Below are positions 10,946 to 24,920 of a DNA stretch of 64,000 bases, piece by piece. Numbering within the stretch: position 1 is the stretch's first letter; each line of letters begins with the position of its first letter. This stretch comes from Obrimoposthia wandeli. Taxonomy: Eukaryota. Position numbers and translations under genes: made by a program. Where the stretch lies: assembly GCA_977020255.1 (NCBI GenBank), contig CDROCS010001687.1, positions 62,001 through 126,000 on the forward strand. Direction: 5' to 3'. Below the pieces are notes generated by a model, which had not been told where the DNA came from, did not search any database, and saw nothing but the letters and a program-made list of their open reading frames with translations.

Positions 10946-12520
10946 ACCAATTTTTTGACACCATAAAACATTGGAGGGCGCATATTAAAATTCAACAATT
11001 CAACAACTTTATTTAAACTTTCTACAATCGATCTCTAAATCAATTTAACATTTTAAATTCTAAATTTAAAAAACTTTACTTTGGTAACATCCACGCCAAC
11101 CATAAATCCATAACTTTACAAAGATAAAATGACATTTTTAAAACAACCTTTTATATTTTTTAAAATTTTAACTTTTATATATATATTTAAAATTTTTATA
11201 TATATTAAACTTTTTTATATATTAAATAATAAGTCGATTCTAAACAGTCAGCCTCCAGCCACTGCCTCCGAAAATAAAATTGTCGCTAAATAGGTGTTTA
11301 AAATTTTGTAAGGGATGAACTGATAATTTATTAATTTAGTTTTTATCAATTGAAAACAATTTAAGTTAAACTAAGACTTTTATTAAGATCTAGATAAACT
11401 GAAAATGTTACCCACATCCGCCATCAAAACTTTGTAATTAAAATATTGGTGGTGTTTATAAATTTGAAGCGAATACATAAAAATCACAAAATAGAAATTT
11501 GGATGTTTTAAAATAAATTCAAATTATGATAATAAAAATTTACTTCAAACTATCTGCTGTACAGCTGTGATCCCTCTCAATGCACGTTGTACGAAAATAC
11601 GATTTCATGAAGAAAATATTATAAAATAGCTTTTAATAAATTGTATTGTATCGATTTGATTTCCTTATGCATTTTTTCAAAAAATCTTCTTCTAACATTT
11701 TCAAACAAATTTAATACAAAATAAACAAAATGCTTAGTGGCACATTTTTGGTAAGAAGAACTGACGATATGAGATGAATTTGGTTAAACACTGGTATAAA
11801 CCTGACTTTTTAAGATTTTATGATTATTGCGTAAAGCTAGCGTCACTGCTACCATAGACAATTTATTAGAACTAGCTTCCGCCGCTTGCCAAACTAACAG
11901 AGCTCTGTAAAAACTTTAAAATATAGCTCTAAGTATCATTATCAAATTGTGTACAAGATGCAATATTTTTAATCAAACTGCATCTGCTATTAATATATAA
12001 AAACAGTCTATGAGAAGGGATGTAATAATACCGGACTAATCGAACCATTTACTGACTTATGCATGTCGAAGTTTCTCTCGGGATAACCGGTATTTGGAGC
12101 TCTGTTGCAGCTGGTAAAGCGAATTAGTAGAAGTACTGCGGATCGAACGTCCTCATAATATTCTTAAACTTAAAAAAAACTCAACATGTGTAATACCAAT
12201 GCCTAGGAGGCCATTTCTGGTAAGCTGAACTGTCGACGATGTGAGATGAACCGTTAATTTAATACACGAAAGTGATGAAAACTGTATATATGTTTTAATT
12301 AAATCACAAAATAATAATGAAAATATTCGACATTTTTTAATTTGGCGTGTTTCATTGTAGCATTACATGAAAATTTATTATAGAATTTCTGGGAATTTTT
12401 CTTAACATAAATAGTGAGTTCTGTAATGTATATTATAGAGCCAGTTAAAATTCCAATTAGTTGAGTAGTATACCGTTTTTACATTACAAAGGTCTCTGAT
12501 AATCATATTTGCCATTTCAG

Positions 12521-12670
12521 GTTCAACATCAGTACCAAACAAAGCTGAAGCAAAAATTATCGCGTGTGCTAAATGCTCTCAGAATGCCATTTGTCAGTTA
12601 GAATCTAATGTGGGTTGCTGTCGCTGTAAATCAGGATTCCATGGCTCTGGATTGTCATGTATCCCCAATA
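12521..12670 (+). CDS. EGF-like exon, phase 1-1 (block B copy)
   Basis: ttcag| ... CAKCSQNAICQLESNVGCCRCKSGFHGSGLSCIPN |gtgag; 150 nt. Confidence 0.85.
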
Positions 12671-12764
12671 GTGAGAACTGTTCTATCAGTCATTATTTCA
12701 AATAACTAAAATATGTCAACTTGATAATAATTATTGTTCACAAAACACCATTGCGGTCGCACAG

Positions 12765-13487
12765 AACGTGAAGTTGAGAAGACATGGAAAGGCCAGCTGC
12801 TCCTGGAGGGCATGGATGCCTCTATGCAGTCAAGCTTCAACTATCGGATCTTGTACCGCCAGTATCCGAGTAGCAATGGGAAGATCCAGCATGCAGTGTT
12901 TCTGGAGCTCGGAAGTATCGGGCCACTGCCTGGCGCTAGCGGGCAACGACTGACTCACTTGCTGTTAGGACTAACCCCGCTGTATGACGTGCCTGTGGTG
13001 TTGCTAGCACCGCGCACGGGAATGCTATCCAGATCTGCGGGTGTCATCACTGTGCGACTGCAGCTGCGTGTCGGCAGTCGCCACGATCTGCAGTTGCAGA
13101 TGACCATGTGGGACGGTGACAACGACACTGAGGGTGGCCTCAATGCCACCCTGGTCGGCGTTCCAGGCTGGTTAGCAGCAGAGTCAGTTCCGCTCGATGA
13201 GAGAGTGCTTGAGCAGTTCCAAATGCGCCCCCAGTACTCGGTGTCATACACGGTGCAGGGTCGGAGCGTTGAGTTCCCGTACGGTGAGAATGTTGGGAGA
13301 GGAGTGCAGAGTGTCAGTTTCATTGGTGAGGCACAGCTGAGCGAGTGCAGTGAGCTGCAAGCTCCGCAACGGCTGAGAGTGCGCCCACAGGAAAGCATGC
13401 TCGAGTGCAACAACCGGTGCAATGCAAATGGCAGCATTTGTCACCCTTATTGTCAGAGCTCACCGGAGGATGTCACTGTTGAGTTCA
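12765..13487 (+). CDS. GC-rich exon encoding a nidogen G2F-like beta-barrel domain plus a 4-Cys tail (intact copy)
   Basis: cacag|aa cgt gaa... to ...ttc a|gtgagt; phase 1-1, 723 nt, open frame. Its pattern (KGQLLL...LTPLY..P.vlLA...G.lsrsaG...LNATLVG.P...Pl.E..l.qf) resembles G2F. Confidence 0.6.
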
Positions 13488-15976
13488 GTGAGTGTGATCT
13501 CCCGTCTGTTAAGATAAATATTCGACCAAATCCAATTACCCATTCACAACTATTAGTTTATCGTAAGAAATCATGAGCCACGATAGTTCAGTGGTCCAAT
13601 GCATGACTTGTAAGTAGTGAGACCTGCAGTTAAATTTCCATTCGTAACGACTAACTTTCTCCCGGATCTAATACAAACAAGCCTGACTGACACTATAAGA
13701 CTGACCAGAACCTCTTTAACAGGGACAGTTTCTCCAGATTGAGATTATTTTGATATTATGCTTGTCTGGAGTCAAAATAATAGTTTTTCAATTTAAACCA
13801 ATGATGCCCAACATGGTCTATGTGAATCACTTGTAGTTCACACAGATTTTCGACTGGTTCATAGCTATATTTATATAATGAAAGAATATTTATAAAATTA
13901 TATTTCTCCCAAATTATAAGGAGTTTAATTAAACATTTATTTTATTAAATATAAACTTTTAAATTTAATGTTCTTGGATTTTAATTCCAAAATATGTTAA
14001 ATAGTAAAAAATAAAATTATTCTTTATTTCTTTTCAATCTCGTTTAAATATTTGTTTTCATAATGAATGTTACGTACTATTTTTGATAAATTTTGGATTT
14101 TTTTGTATCTTATTTGTTATCCACGGTTTAAAAAAGAGAAAAACTGATTTAAATGACAAATATGGACTGAAAAATTGAAAAAAAATGTCTACATCTCTTA
14201 TACAATTAATTTATTATAACTACTATCATTACGCAAACTTTTTTGTGAAGTCACTTTCCTTGTTAAAAACTGGCAATACATATTGAATACATAATATAAT
14301 TTTGTAACTTTGAGTCTTTGCTTGATTGGATGTTGTGTAAGTTCCTACATGTTTGAAGTCCTGATGTTTATGTAATGACTGAAGATTTTTGATCGAACAC
14401 AATAAATAGCAGTGTATACTGTATTAATGCGCATATTTTGACGCCACTTCTTCAATTTAGTTCTTCGAACATCACATTTCTCTCCTACATGTTTTTGTGA
14501 ATGCTAACCCACTTTATATGCGTAAATTTAATTCGGCTGGAATAAAAATTATCATCACATAAAATTTTTGTAACATTTTCTATTGAGATTTTATTATAAA
14601 TTAAATATGATAAATTTAAGCTTGGTGGGTTTTTCAACGATTGTTTGTGGGTTATCACATTTAGCCCCAAGCAAGAATATTTTGCAACCTGCTTTGAGCA
14701 CTTTCGTTTACAGAAATTTGTCTTTTGAACATCGAGTCTATTGTACTATTCTGCCATTGAGAGAAGTTCTTCAGATTCAAAAAATATGATCGGCATGTTG
14801 ACATGTAGATAAGATAAGAAAACTTGTCCCTACATCAATCCCACTAACCTGTATGCCTCTCTATACCTCTTCATTTCTCCCCAGAGGTATGTGAAACCCG
14901 GTAAAGAAACACTGATATAACAGTTTTCAGTTTTAATACAAAATCATCAAATGCATCAATTTTATGAGTACGATCAAATGTACTTAAACATTCCTTCAAT
15001 AAAAGAAAATTATTTTAAAATGACACTAAACAAACGTGGATCTCAGTTGAAATATTTAAAATCAGTCATGACATAGAATGAAAATGTCTGTCAGTAGACA
15101 ATGCACCAAAAACAACTTAAATATACAATACATTTAGAAGCTTTGATTAGAAGTTGTCAACTTTGAATTAATAAGTGTAAAAATTGATAGCAACACGTTT
15201 CCTAATTACTTTACACTGGAAATTGGATTTAAAACAGGTCAGTAGTTTGAAAGATTTCTGTAATGTCGGACAAAGTTTTGAGCATTTTGCATTGTTTAAG
15301 TGAACAGTAAAGTATAATATTTGTAATTTAAAGTGATAGTTTACTTTTATCAAGATTGTAAATCTAACTCCAAATGAAAAAATATTTTGAAAATTACATG
15401 TCTGAGACGTTGCTGTCAGATTTTTACAAAATTATATTTAAAATTATATATTGCTTATATTAAAAATATTAAAAGATAGAGAAAATAGTTAATCAATACT
15501 ACATAAAGTTATAGACAAAGTTTATTACATAGAAAACACACAATAAAAATATAGACTACATGATACTAACGTACAAGTAAATGAATATATATATATATAC
15601 ACCCAATTCTCTTTTTACACGTTTTTTACATGGTTTTCTAATAAGAAAACTGTATTTTTTCGTTTTTGCATGTTTTTTTGTTTTACAAGGTTTTGTTGCA
15701 CAGTTTTTTCTATTTTACATGTTTTTTTTGCACATTTTTTACTTGCTTTCAATCATTCAGAAAAGATCTTCAATAAATACATGCGTAAATCATTCTAGTT
15801 AAATGGAAACTATAGGCCAAAATACACACACAATTATCTTGTTTTTCTTACAATTATCTTAGAAGGGATAAATATTTATTTTACCAACATCTCTCCAACT
15901 ATATTAGAGATAGTAAACGTACCACTCAGTGCAGGTTATTCTGACAATTCTATGAAGTTGAAATTCACACAGAATT

Positions 15977-18457
15977 AATTTATTTAAACCAAATAATAGA
16001 AAATATTTTTCGTAAATTTTAGAATAAAATAAATAAAGCAGCTTAATTAATCTCATTTGTGATGACAAAGTGATGTCGATCGACATTAAACGTCATTATA
16101 ATTTACCACATTAACCATCTGTAGATTCATTATTTCTCCTAAACCATTGCACCAATATATTTTTCAATTTAGAATCAATCAAGTCTTTTTGTCAAACGAT
16201 GGCATATTATAAATATAAGATGAATAAGTCCCTTCTTAGTTTCAAACTCATTAAAATTGCACTTATAAAATCTTCTATTTAACATCCAACATTTTATAAG
16301 GAAAGAAAATATATTAAAATTTAATAGTATTCACTTTGAATGCTAGGCTTTTAACGAACCGGAACAGAAATTATTGTAGGGTCAACAAATATGTGGCTAG
16401 GATTTGAGCCATTTTGATAAATAAATATATTCGAAGATTTATTGGTGTCCTGGACTTTGTTTTATCCTTAAGGAAGCACCGTAAAAGAAAATCTAATGGT
16501 AACCTGTGTAATCAGTGCTTGATTAGGCATCTTATAATCGAATCATTTCATATAAAAATCCCAAAGCTATTGATTCGGAGGGTTAATATCAAAATTTGGA
16601 TATTTATAATGTTGTAATCTTGGTTACGCCATTTGTCTCAAACTCAAAGTGCAAGCAACGGATCAGATTTCTTTGGATCATGAAAATGTTGATTTCATTT
16701 TATAAAACAGCTCTTCAATTAAATCGCCAGAGAATTATATGGTAATATATTTATTACTGCTCTCATATAACACCTTCAAACAATACAACCAATTGGAAAA
16801 AAAATCAGCAATCATCTAAGAATAAAGTTTATTATTTTAATTACTGTTTCCATCTGCAAAACTTACGCATGAATAGTTACACATTATCTGTGAGTCACAA
16901 GTTTGAGACTGGTACAAATAATAAAAGCATTTTTTTATTAAGTACCCCTAAACAAAAATTTATTTACATTTATTTTCCAGCATTGTCAAATTTAATAGAC
17001 AAATTCAAAATTTTAATTAAGGCCCACTGAAATTGAACATGTTGTGATATAAATAAAGAAATAAAGTACACATACATATTTATATTAAATTAACAGAAAA
17101 ATGTTCTTAATATTTTTTGTATTCTCTTTTGCTGTTTACTTTCTACCATGCATTGATTTGATCTTTCCTAAGTGTTTCCTATCAGTGTCACTATTCCAAT
17201 AATAAATGACTGAAAATAAGCTGCTGTTTTGTTACAATTTCATGTTTTCGTATATATATTTTTTTATCTTTGAGGAATTGTCAAGGGGAATAAGATCTAG
17301 TCAAATATCCTTACACTATTATCTCTTAGATATAGCAGAGAACTTGATAATGTTTAAATACATAATTTATTTTAGGATACCCCGATACTATCTGTATTAA
17401 TATGCAAATATCCAAAATTGTCAAGTACTCTAACAAATGAAGGCAAGAATATGGTTATTCTACTATTTATTTTGGGAATTATTGCAGTTCTTACTAAAAT
17501 ATGACATAAAGAGAAAAATATTAATTTACATATGTTACTACTGATAAAAGAACGACAAACATCTCATTGTTATGTTTGCTAAATTTTCAGGGAAAAAATA
17601 TATCAGTAATTTTTAAAACAATAATATGATTATCTTTTATCATAATTAAATGGTGTACCAATAAATTAAAAACAAATAAAGTTTAGGAGAGCGCGTAGAT
17701 TTGTTATTTCATGATTATTTTATCCAAATATGTGTACGGCAATTTTATAAATTTAATGATTTCCACTTCAGTAAACTTCCCTTGTCAGTTTTTTAACAAT
17801 GAAACTAAATCAACTTAACTGATAAAGCTATTTTTATCAATATTTGTAGTATATTTGACTTGTAACGATAACTTAATGCTTTTTAATTGTAATATATTGT
17901 AGGAAAGATTTTCACATCATCAGAAAAACCTTCAGAATCTGCCGGAATTAATCAGTCATATTCATCAACAGCTGGTGCTAAAAGTACACAAAGGTTTTTA
18001 AATAAACCCTCAACTAGTTTAACAGCTATCGATAAGGATTCATATCTTTCTAGTTCTGAAAGGTTACTCCCCAGTACACCTGAGAAAACGAGTTCCTACA
18101 AAACTGTACATTCCATTAAAAATTATGAAACATCCAAATCTTCTACCACCTTCATTCCTTCAATTAGCACCAAATCCATCATACCAAAACCAAAATGTCA
18201 AAGCTTTACAAAAAATACACTTCAGTAAACTACCCTTGTCAGTTTTTTAACAATGAAACTAAATCAACTTTACTGATAAAGCTATTTTTATCAATATTTG
18301 TAGTATATTTGACTTGAAACAATAGTTTAATGATTTTTAATTGTTTTATATTTTAGGAAAGATTTTCACATCATCAGAAAAACCTTCAGAATCTGCCGGA
18401 TTTGATCAATCATATTCTTCAACAGTTGGTGCTAAAAGTACGCAAAGGTGTTTTAAT
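15977..18457 (+). repeat. Segmental duplication block A'
   Basis: See block A; includes partial exon copies starting at 17903 and 18357. Confidence 0.95.
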
Positions 18458-18806
18458 AAAGTTTCAATTAGTTTAACAGCTATCGAGAAGGATTCATATC
18501 TTTCAAGTTCTGAAAGGTTACACCCCAGTACACCTGAGAAAACGAGTTCCTACAAAACTATAAATTCCTTTAAAAATACGAAACATCCAAATCTTCTACC
18601 ACCTTTTTCCTTCAATTAGCACTAAATCCATCATACCAAAACCAAAATGTCAAAGCTTTACAAAAAATACACTTCAGTAAAGTTCCAATGTCAGTTTTAA
18701 CAATTAAACTAAATCAACTTTACTGATAAAGCTATTTTTATCAATATATGTAGTATATTTGAGTTGTAACAATAATTTAATGATTTTTAATTGTTTTTTA
18801 TTGCAG

Positions 18807-19226
18807 GAAAGATTTTCACATCATCAGAAAAACCGTCAGAATCTGCCGGAATTAATCAGTCATATTCATCAACAGCTGGTGCTAAAAGTACACAAAGGTT
18901 TTTAAATAAACCCTCAACTAGTTTAACAGCTATCGATAAGGATTCATATCTTTCTAGTTCTGAAAGGTTACTCCCCAGTACACCTGAGAAAACGAGTTCC
19001 TACAAAACTGTACATTCCATTAAAAATTATGAAACATCCAAATCTTCTACCACCTTCATTCCTTCAATTAGCACCAAATCCATCATACCAAAACCAAAGT
19101 TTCAAGACTTTACAAATAATTTTCTGGCTAGTTCAACTAAATCTCTTTCGTGGTTTGGACACTACTCGAGTAAAATATCAACAGAACTAAATTATCATGC
19201 AACGAATTCTGTTTCAGGACCACAAT
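18807..19226 (+). CDS. Ser/Thr-rich exon, the only complete copy of the ~450-bp repeated unit (phase 1-1)
   Basis: ttgcag|ga aag att... to ...cca caa t|gtaag; 420 nt, open frame. Confidence 0.8.
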
Positions 19227-19268
19227 GTAAGCATTAATTATAAAATGTCTATTCATAATCTTGTTCAG

Positions 19269-19475
19269 ATAATGAACCGAAAACGAACGCAATGAGCACG
19301 GAATTAAAATTCGAAAATCAGTTTGAAAGAGTAAGGCGATCTACAAGAAAATTGAAAATATTCGATATAAGTTGCAGCACGGATAAAGTATGTCGTCAAA
19401 ATGAAGAATGTAATCGAGGATGCTGTAGGTGTGTTTCTGGAGCCATTCATATCCACAAAAAGTGTTATACCATCG
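19269..19475 (+). CDS. Exon with a furin-type site (RVRR) and an EB/EGF-like 6-Cys module (phase 1-1)
   Basis: ttcag|at aat gaa ... FERVRRSTR...CSTDKVCRQNEECNRGCCRCVSGAIHIHKKCYTI g|gtatg. Confidence 0.8.
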
Positions 19476-21489
19476 GTATGTTTAATATAGAAATATTTCC
19501 AGTATTTTTAAATAAAAATATAAAGTAAAGTAAATGTATAGAAAGAATAATAATTACCATTTTTACATTTTGCCAAATATGCAAATGATGGCACACAAAA
19601 ATATATGGCGATACTGCTTTTAGACTTTGCAAAATTGAGTTTTTTCAATTAGACACTATATTTTCAAAGTAATTTAATCCTATTTTAAAAGATAAAAAAA
19701 TTATAAAAGTCAAAATATGGACATGTCTAACTATCTACTGAAAAGCTTCCTGCTCCCTATATCAAAGAAACTGTCTACTACAAGTTTTTGCTAGCTCTTA
19801 CTTTAAAGAGCACTAAGAATATTTTTTGTATTAACATTATGTGTACTTTTAAATAAAGTAAACGACTTAATTCTATTTTTGTTTAAAAAATTATGATTTT
19901 TAAATTACTTCATTGATTAAATTCATTTTTACATTAAAAAAATATTTAAAAATTAAGTAAATGTCTTTTTGATTTTTAATAATGTTCCAGACTTTATTTG
20001 TATTCAATTTTTCAAACTCTACTAAATTATTAATTATTTAACCAGACACTCGGTACTCTGGTACCCTCAGCTCCAATGCCGTAAACCAGGTTTCCACATT
20101 ATTGTAGAAGAATGTTGTGAGGAATAACAAAATAATTTCATTATACTTTTATGCATAATAGATATTTGTATACAGGGTACCTTGAATAAATATAATGTTG
20201 TAGATGATATTGGTGGTACCTTGAATAAATAGAATGTTGTAGTTGGAATTGGTAAACAGGAAGAATATTGTAGAACGTCGTTGGATTTAAATCTTTTATT
20301 TGATTTTGTTTTCTTTATTTTGTGCTTGTTGTCAAGATTTGAAATTGATTGATTTGTGTTTTTTAACTTTGCAAACATGCTGCTCGGCGACGCTAATTAG
20401 ATTAGCCATTTGAATTTTAATCACTCAGGATTATTATATAAGAATGAAATTATTGATTTTTTTAATTTCTTAATTTAATAAATTGGGTTTTAAATAATTA
20501 AATAATGAACTATTTTATATCACAATATATTTCCATCGAAAAACGTTCAAATTTCTAATTACTGCCGCAATAGCTTGTTCCAAAGTAAAAATCAAAGATG
20601 TCGTCAAGACTTCACTTGTATTCAACTTTTCAAACTCTACTAATTAATAATGAATATTTAAATAAATTATTTCCATAGACAAAACATATTAAGCATAAAA
20701 TCATTTTTACAATATTTTTTCATTTATTTTTATTGATCAATTTAATTTTGAATTATTATTATAACTTAGACAATTATATATATAATTTTATTTCTATTTA
20801 AATGTTAGCTTAATTGTTTAAGTTTTAATAATTAATATTTAACCGTATAATTAAGTTTTCAGTGTCCAGCACAAAACGTTTGTTCAAAAATACAATTTTC
20901 TTGCCAATTCAAACGTAGTATATTTTAACATCTCTTGAATATCTTGAGGTAACATGTCGTACGCCTTTTGTGCTAAAGCTAAATACATTTTAATTTATAT
21001 ATTTTAATTTTAAATTATTATTTTAATATATTCTTGGTTTAATTTCAATTTACATCGTTTATTTGTCTTCTCGAATTAAACAAATCTGCTGTTTTTTTTA
21101 AATTTTTTAACAATTTTATTTTGAAATAATAATAGATAAAACTTTCTCTCAGTTATATGGTGAGATTGAGCATTCTACGATTATAAAATTTAAAAAATAT
21201 AAAAAAGTTTACAAAAAAAATCAATGTAATATTCTGATATTTAATGATATCAAAGAACTTTTGGAAAAATTAATAATGTAATTAAATATTTTTGAAATCA
21301 ATATAATTTCAAAATAAAATTATATACTCGAAATTAACAAAGAATTTCTACAATACTTGAAAACAAATTATTAAAAAAAACCAATTGGTTTTTCTTTATG
21401 CATGTCCCGAAAGTGGTACATTTAATAAAAATAGCTAAAAAATAGCACCAAATAGTGAAACAGTGATAGTTATCCATAACCTTGAGCAG

Positions 21490-21926
21490 GGGAGAAATAC
21501 CATCTCAGCTACCAAGGCCAGACCAAGTTGCAGCTGACAGGTCGACCCGAGAGTACGATGAGTCTCATTATTCGGGCCTCAAAAGATGCCGGACCTGGTG
21601 GACTGTCCCGAAGCCACGTCACAATTCTTTCTAACTCGGTACTGTCTGCTTCGATTCGGAATTTCATCACCTTTCTCTACCCTCTGTTCTACATCCCTAT
21701 GGGCTTCTATGCACTGCCCCCAAATACAGAGCCCACCAAAGAATCGCTGCCAAATTTGAGTTTCATGTTGTCCCAAGGCTCGGCGTCCTTCTCCGTCTTC
21801 ATGTTCATCAGTGGCTACGGGTCGCTAAATGCCTACATCAACGTTGAGAGAAACGCTGCCTCTGACGAATGGTCCATTGATATCGGAAAAATCAACCTCA
21901 CCAGAGTGGAAGCAATGGACATCGGG
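21490..21926 (+). CDS. N-terminal half of a second G2F-like domain (phase 1-0)
   Basis: gagcag|gg gag aaa ... atc ggg|gtgagt. LSYQGQTKLQLTG, FITFLYPLFYIPMGFYA and INLTRV align with KTWKGQLLLEG, LLLGLTPLYDVPVVLLA and LNATLV of exon 12765-13487. Confidence 0.7.
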
Positions 21927-22235
21927 GTGAGTCAAGGGCAGTTCATAAAGAGAAGCATCGAAAGCATGTTGCGGCAAAGTTTCAGTTTAACTGTTTCAGA
22001 GGTTCTGAAGGGATAAAAAGAATCTTATGTCTGTTAAACATTATATTCTTTGAATTATGATTTTTATATTTTTGCAGTTTGCAGCATATTCTTATAGAAA
22101 ATAACATGCTAGGTGAAATATTTAACGATTACTTATTACTAGAGCTGTGATTTTAGTCATAAAAACATTAAATTTAGTCAATAATAAATTGTATAAAAAC
22201 ACAAATCATATTAAACACATTCATATAAAATATAA

Positions 22236-22450
22236 AATCAAATGTTTTTTCATATTTTCTTTAGTTAAAGATTTCTTTTATCAGATAGAATGTTCTGATA
22301 AGCCAAAAATTACCTCTCCACTTCCACAGAATTATTGGGAGCACTTTGGAGGGCAGCTGATTCTCTTAAATGGTATAACTCTATATTATGATCTACAAGC
22401 TTTTGAAGTCCAGGATACTTCAAGTTTTTATATCCTCATTAAGCCCATTA
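22236..22450 (-). mobile_element. hAT-family transposase C-terminal dimerization-domain relic
   Basis: Minus strand reads APNNSVEVER*FLAYQNILSDKR(fs)KSLTKENMKKH, matching hAT-type AP.tSvdVERsFS.yk.iLsd.R.sl..en. Confidence 0.6.
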
Positions 22451-24920
22451 CTTAATATGTGAGCATCAAAATAATACTTCACAAAATTTCAAATTTCAAA
22501 TTCATGAACTATATCTAAATAAATGTTCACCCACCATAAATGCATATTTCAAAACAAATTACGTCAACAAAATACTCAGAATCTCCTAGAAATAGTAATA
22601 CTATCGAAAACATTTAAATTTGGAATCAGTGATTAATGTACGTAATGAAAATAAATATGTTTCAACATATAACCATAACATTTTAAGATACTAATTTCTC
22701 AAATTATGTTTAAAGAATTGAATAAAAATGTGTGATTTGATATTTACTTTTACATACTTGGACAAAAAAGAAATCCCTCAGCAGCTTCCAGATAATATGA
22801 AGCTCCTTCAAAAGCGACCATAAATAATTTAATTGGGGATTTATCATCTGACCGAACAATAATCACAATATTGGATAACCGCTAGAAATTGGCGATGAAA
22901 AATTTGGAAAATAAAATTGTAGTTGTGGATTGAAAGAAAACACAATATCCGTACAGACATTAATAAAACAAATAGAATCATAATGTTTTCCACACTTCCT
23001 AACGACCAAAATGAAGATGAGGCGAAGTAATGTTCAGTTATTAGATAAAAATAGTGAAACATTTTGGGAAATAAACTATTCTGACTGAAGAGGGGATACG
23101 TGTGAGTGTCTACATTCCTTACTCTAAACGAGAATCTAAAGAGTAGAAGAAACACAGTTGTCGTGACTTAATTTAAAATATATTTGTAAATAAAATAAAA
23201 TTAATTAATCAAAAAAAATATTAATAGAAAATGATGATGTTGATGATGATGTCCCTATGATGAAAATAATTGCATTTATAAATAATAAAGTATAATGCAT
23301 TAAAGGATCAATGATAATTGTTTCCCATTTGAGGCAAAATTGTTATACACTCTGTTGCTAATTTAATTAGCAGAAAAATCAAGAAAACCATAACCATAAG
23401 AATTTAAAATCAAATAAAAAACTAGTTCAAAATTAAATCAACAACAAATTCAAACAACAATCCCCTTAAACAATCGTCCGTCCAACAACCAAACAACCAA
23501 ATCAAACAACAATCCCCTTAAACAATCGTCCGTCCAACAACCACACAACCAAATCAAACAATAATTCCACGAAACAATTGTCGCCCAACGAACAAAATCC
23601 GAACAAAGCCCGAACAAAGACCTCAACTATTGTCAATTCAACACAATTTCCCACCACAACAACAACTACTCATCCTCTTTCTTGTTCTTTCCACTATCTG
23701 AAACCTCAATAACCTGACAAAAATTCTCAGTAACGACGTTACCAAACAAATTCAACCGAACACGTTTTGATCAGGAAATCATCATAATATTCTTATTAAC
23801 ATCGTCATTTATTTGTTATTATGTTTAACCATTTTTAATCCCAATATAATAAAATTTGCCCAATATATCAGTATTTTTAAATTAAGTTTATCCAACAAAT
23901 AAATTGTCGAAAAATCATAAAAGCAAACAAACCTCTGCTAATATTTTTTGGTACATCTCTTGATACTTTTCTATTTATCGTTAGCAGATTACTTTTAAAT
24001 TCACGCAATCGTTAATCAACACCCAAACATCATTTAACAAATCAACAACAACGCGACAACAGGGAAAACAGTTCAACCAACACCATATAACAACACCCTC
24101 ATACTTCAGCGACGACAATGATACCCCTTGCTTATAGATAGAACTAACACAAAAAACTTTAAAAAAAACTTATAAAATACGAAATACTTCAAAAAATACT
24201 ATTTAAACTATCGACACCTACTTTGAAAGAGATCACCGAGGACATAGGCAATATCCTGAATTCAATCAAACCGTTAAAGAAACTCACAAAAATAATCAAC
24301 AAAAAGTCAAACGTTAACAACACACAATTTCTAAAAAACATTCACAAACCCGACCGCCATCAAAGAGGAAATTCTATTTTTTAGGAAATTCTACTTACTT
24401 ATTGACTGCTACAACAAAACAATAAAACCACGACACTCGATACACACGACCAACATTTACAAACCTACACAGAATGGAACATTCAATTACTAAATCAAAC
24501 CCACAAACATTTCACCAAACCAAAATACTTACAAAAATCAACTCATACATAACTTACAAATTCATAACTCAACAACACCCACAACCTCCACAACACAGAG
24601 AAAAACAAATATAACTACACACAAAATAGTAACTACAGGTTATCCATGCCATACAAGAGTACAACTTTTACCACCAGATAAATTCACAGCTACAAAAGAC
24701 ACATTCAACTATCTCATAAAATATAACGTTATCAGACCATCAGACTCACCATGGTCATCAGCCATCATAATGAAATAGAAATCATCAGGCGAATGGCGTT
24801 AGTAGGTAGAAGGATGGAGTCTAAGCCACTTGACCCCCCCCCTAAAGGGTGTCACACCATAAGGGTGTCTTGCCACACCATAAGGGGGAGGCGGGAGGGG
24901 GAGGGGAGGGGGAAGGATAG

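Larger units (their letters stand above)
10951..15155 (+). repeat. Segmental duplication block B (copy of B', 48058-52286)
   Basis: Colinear near-identity from ttttttgaca(c/t)cataaaacattggagggcgcat to ctttgattagaagtt, with a few substitutions and small indels. Confidence 0.95.

Noticed and set aside
22285-22372. Candidate phase-0 host exon (tcag|ATA GAA TGT...) within ORF 22147-22455
   Set aside because: It is the antisense shadow of the hAT relic, and the 21926-38788 join already gives a continuous domain alignment.
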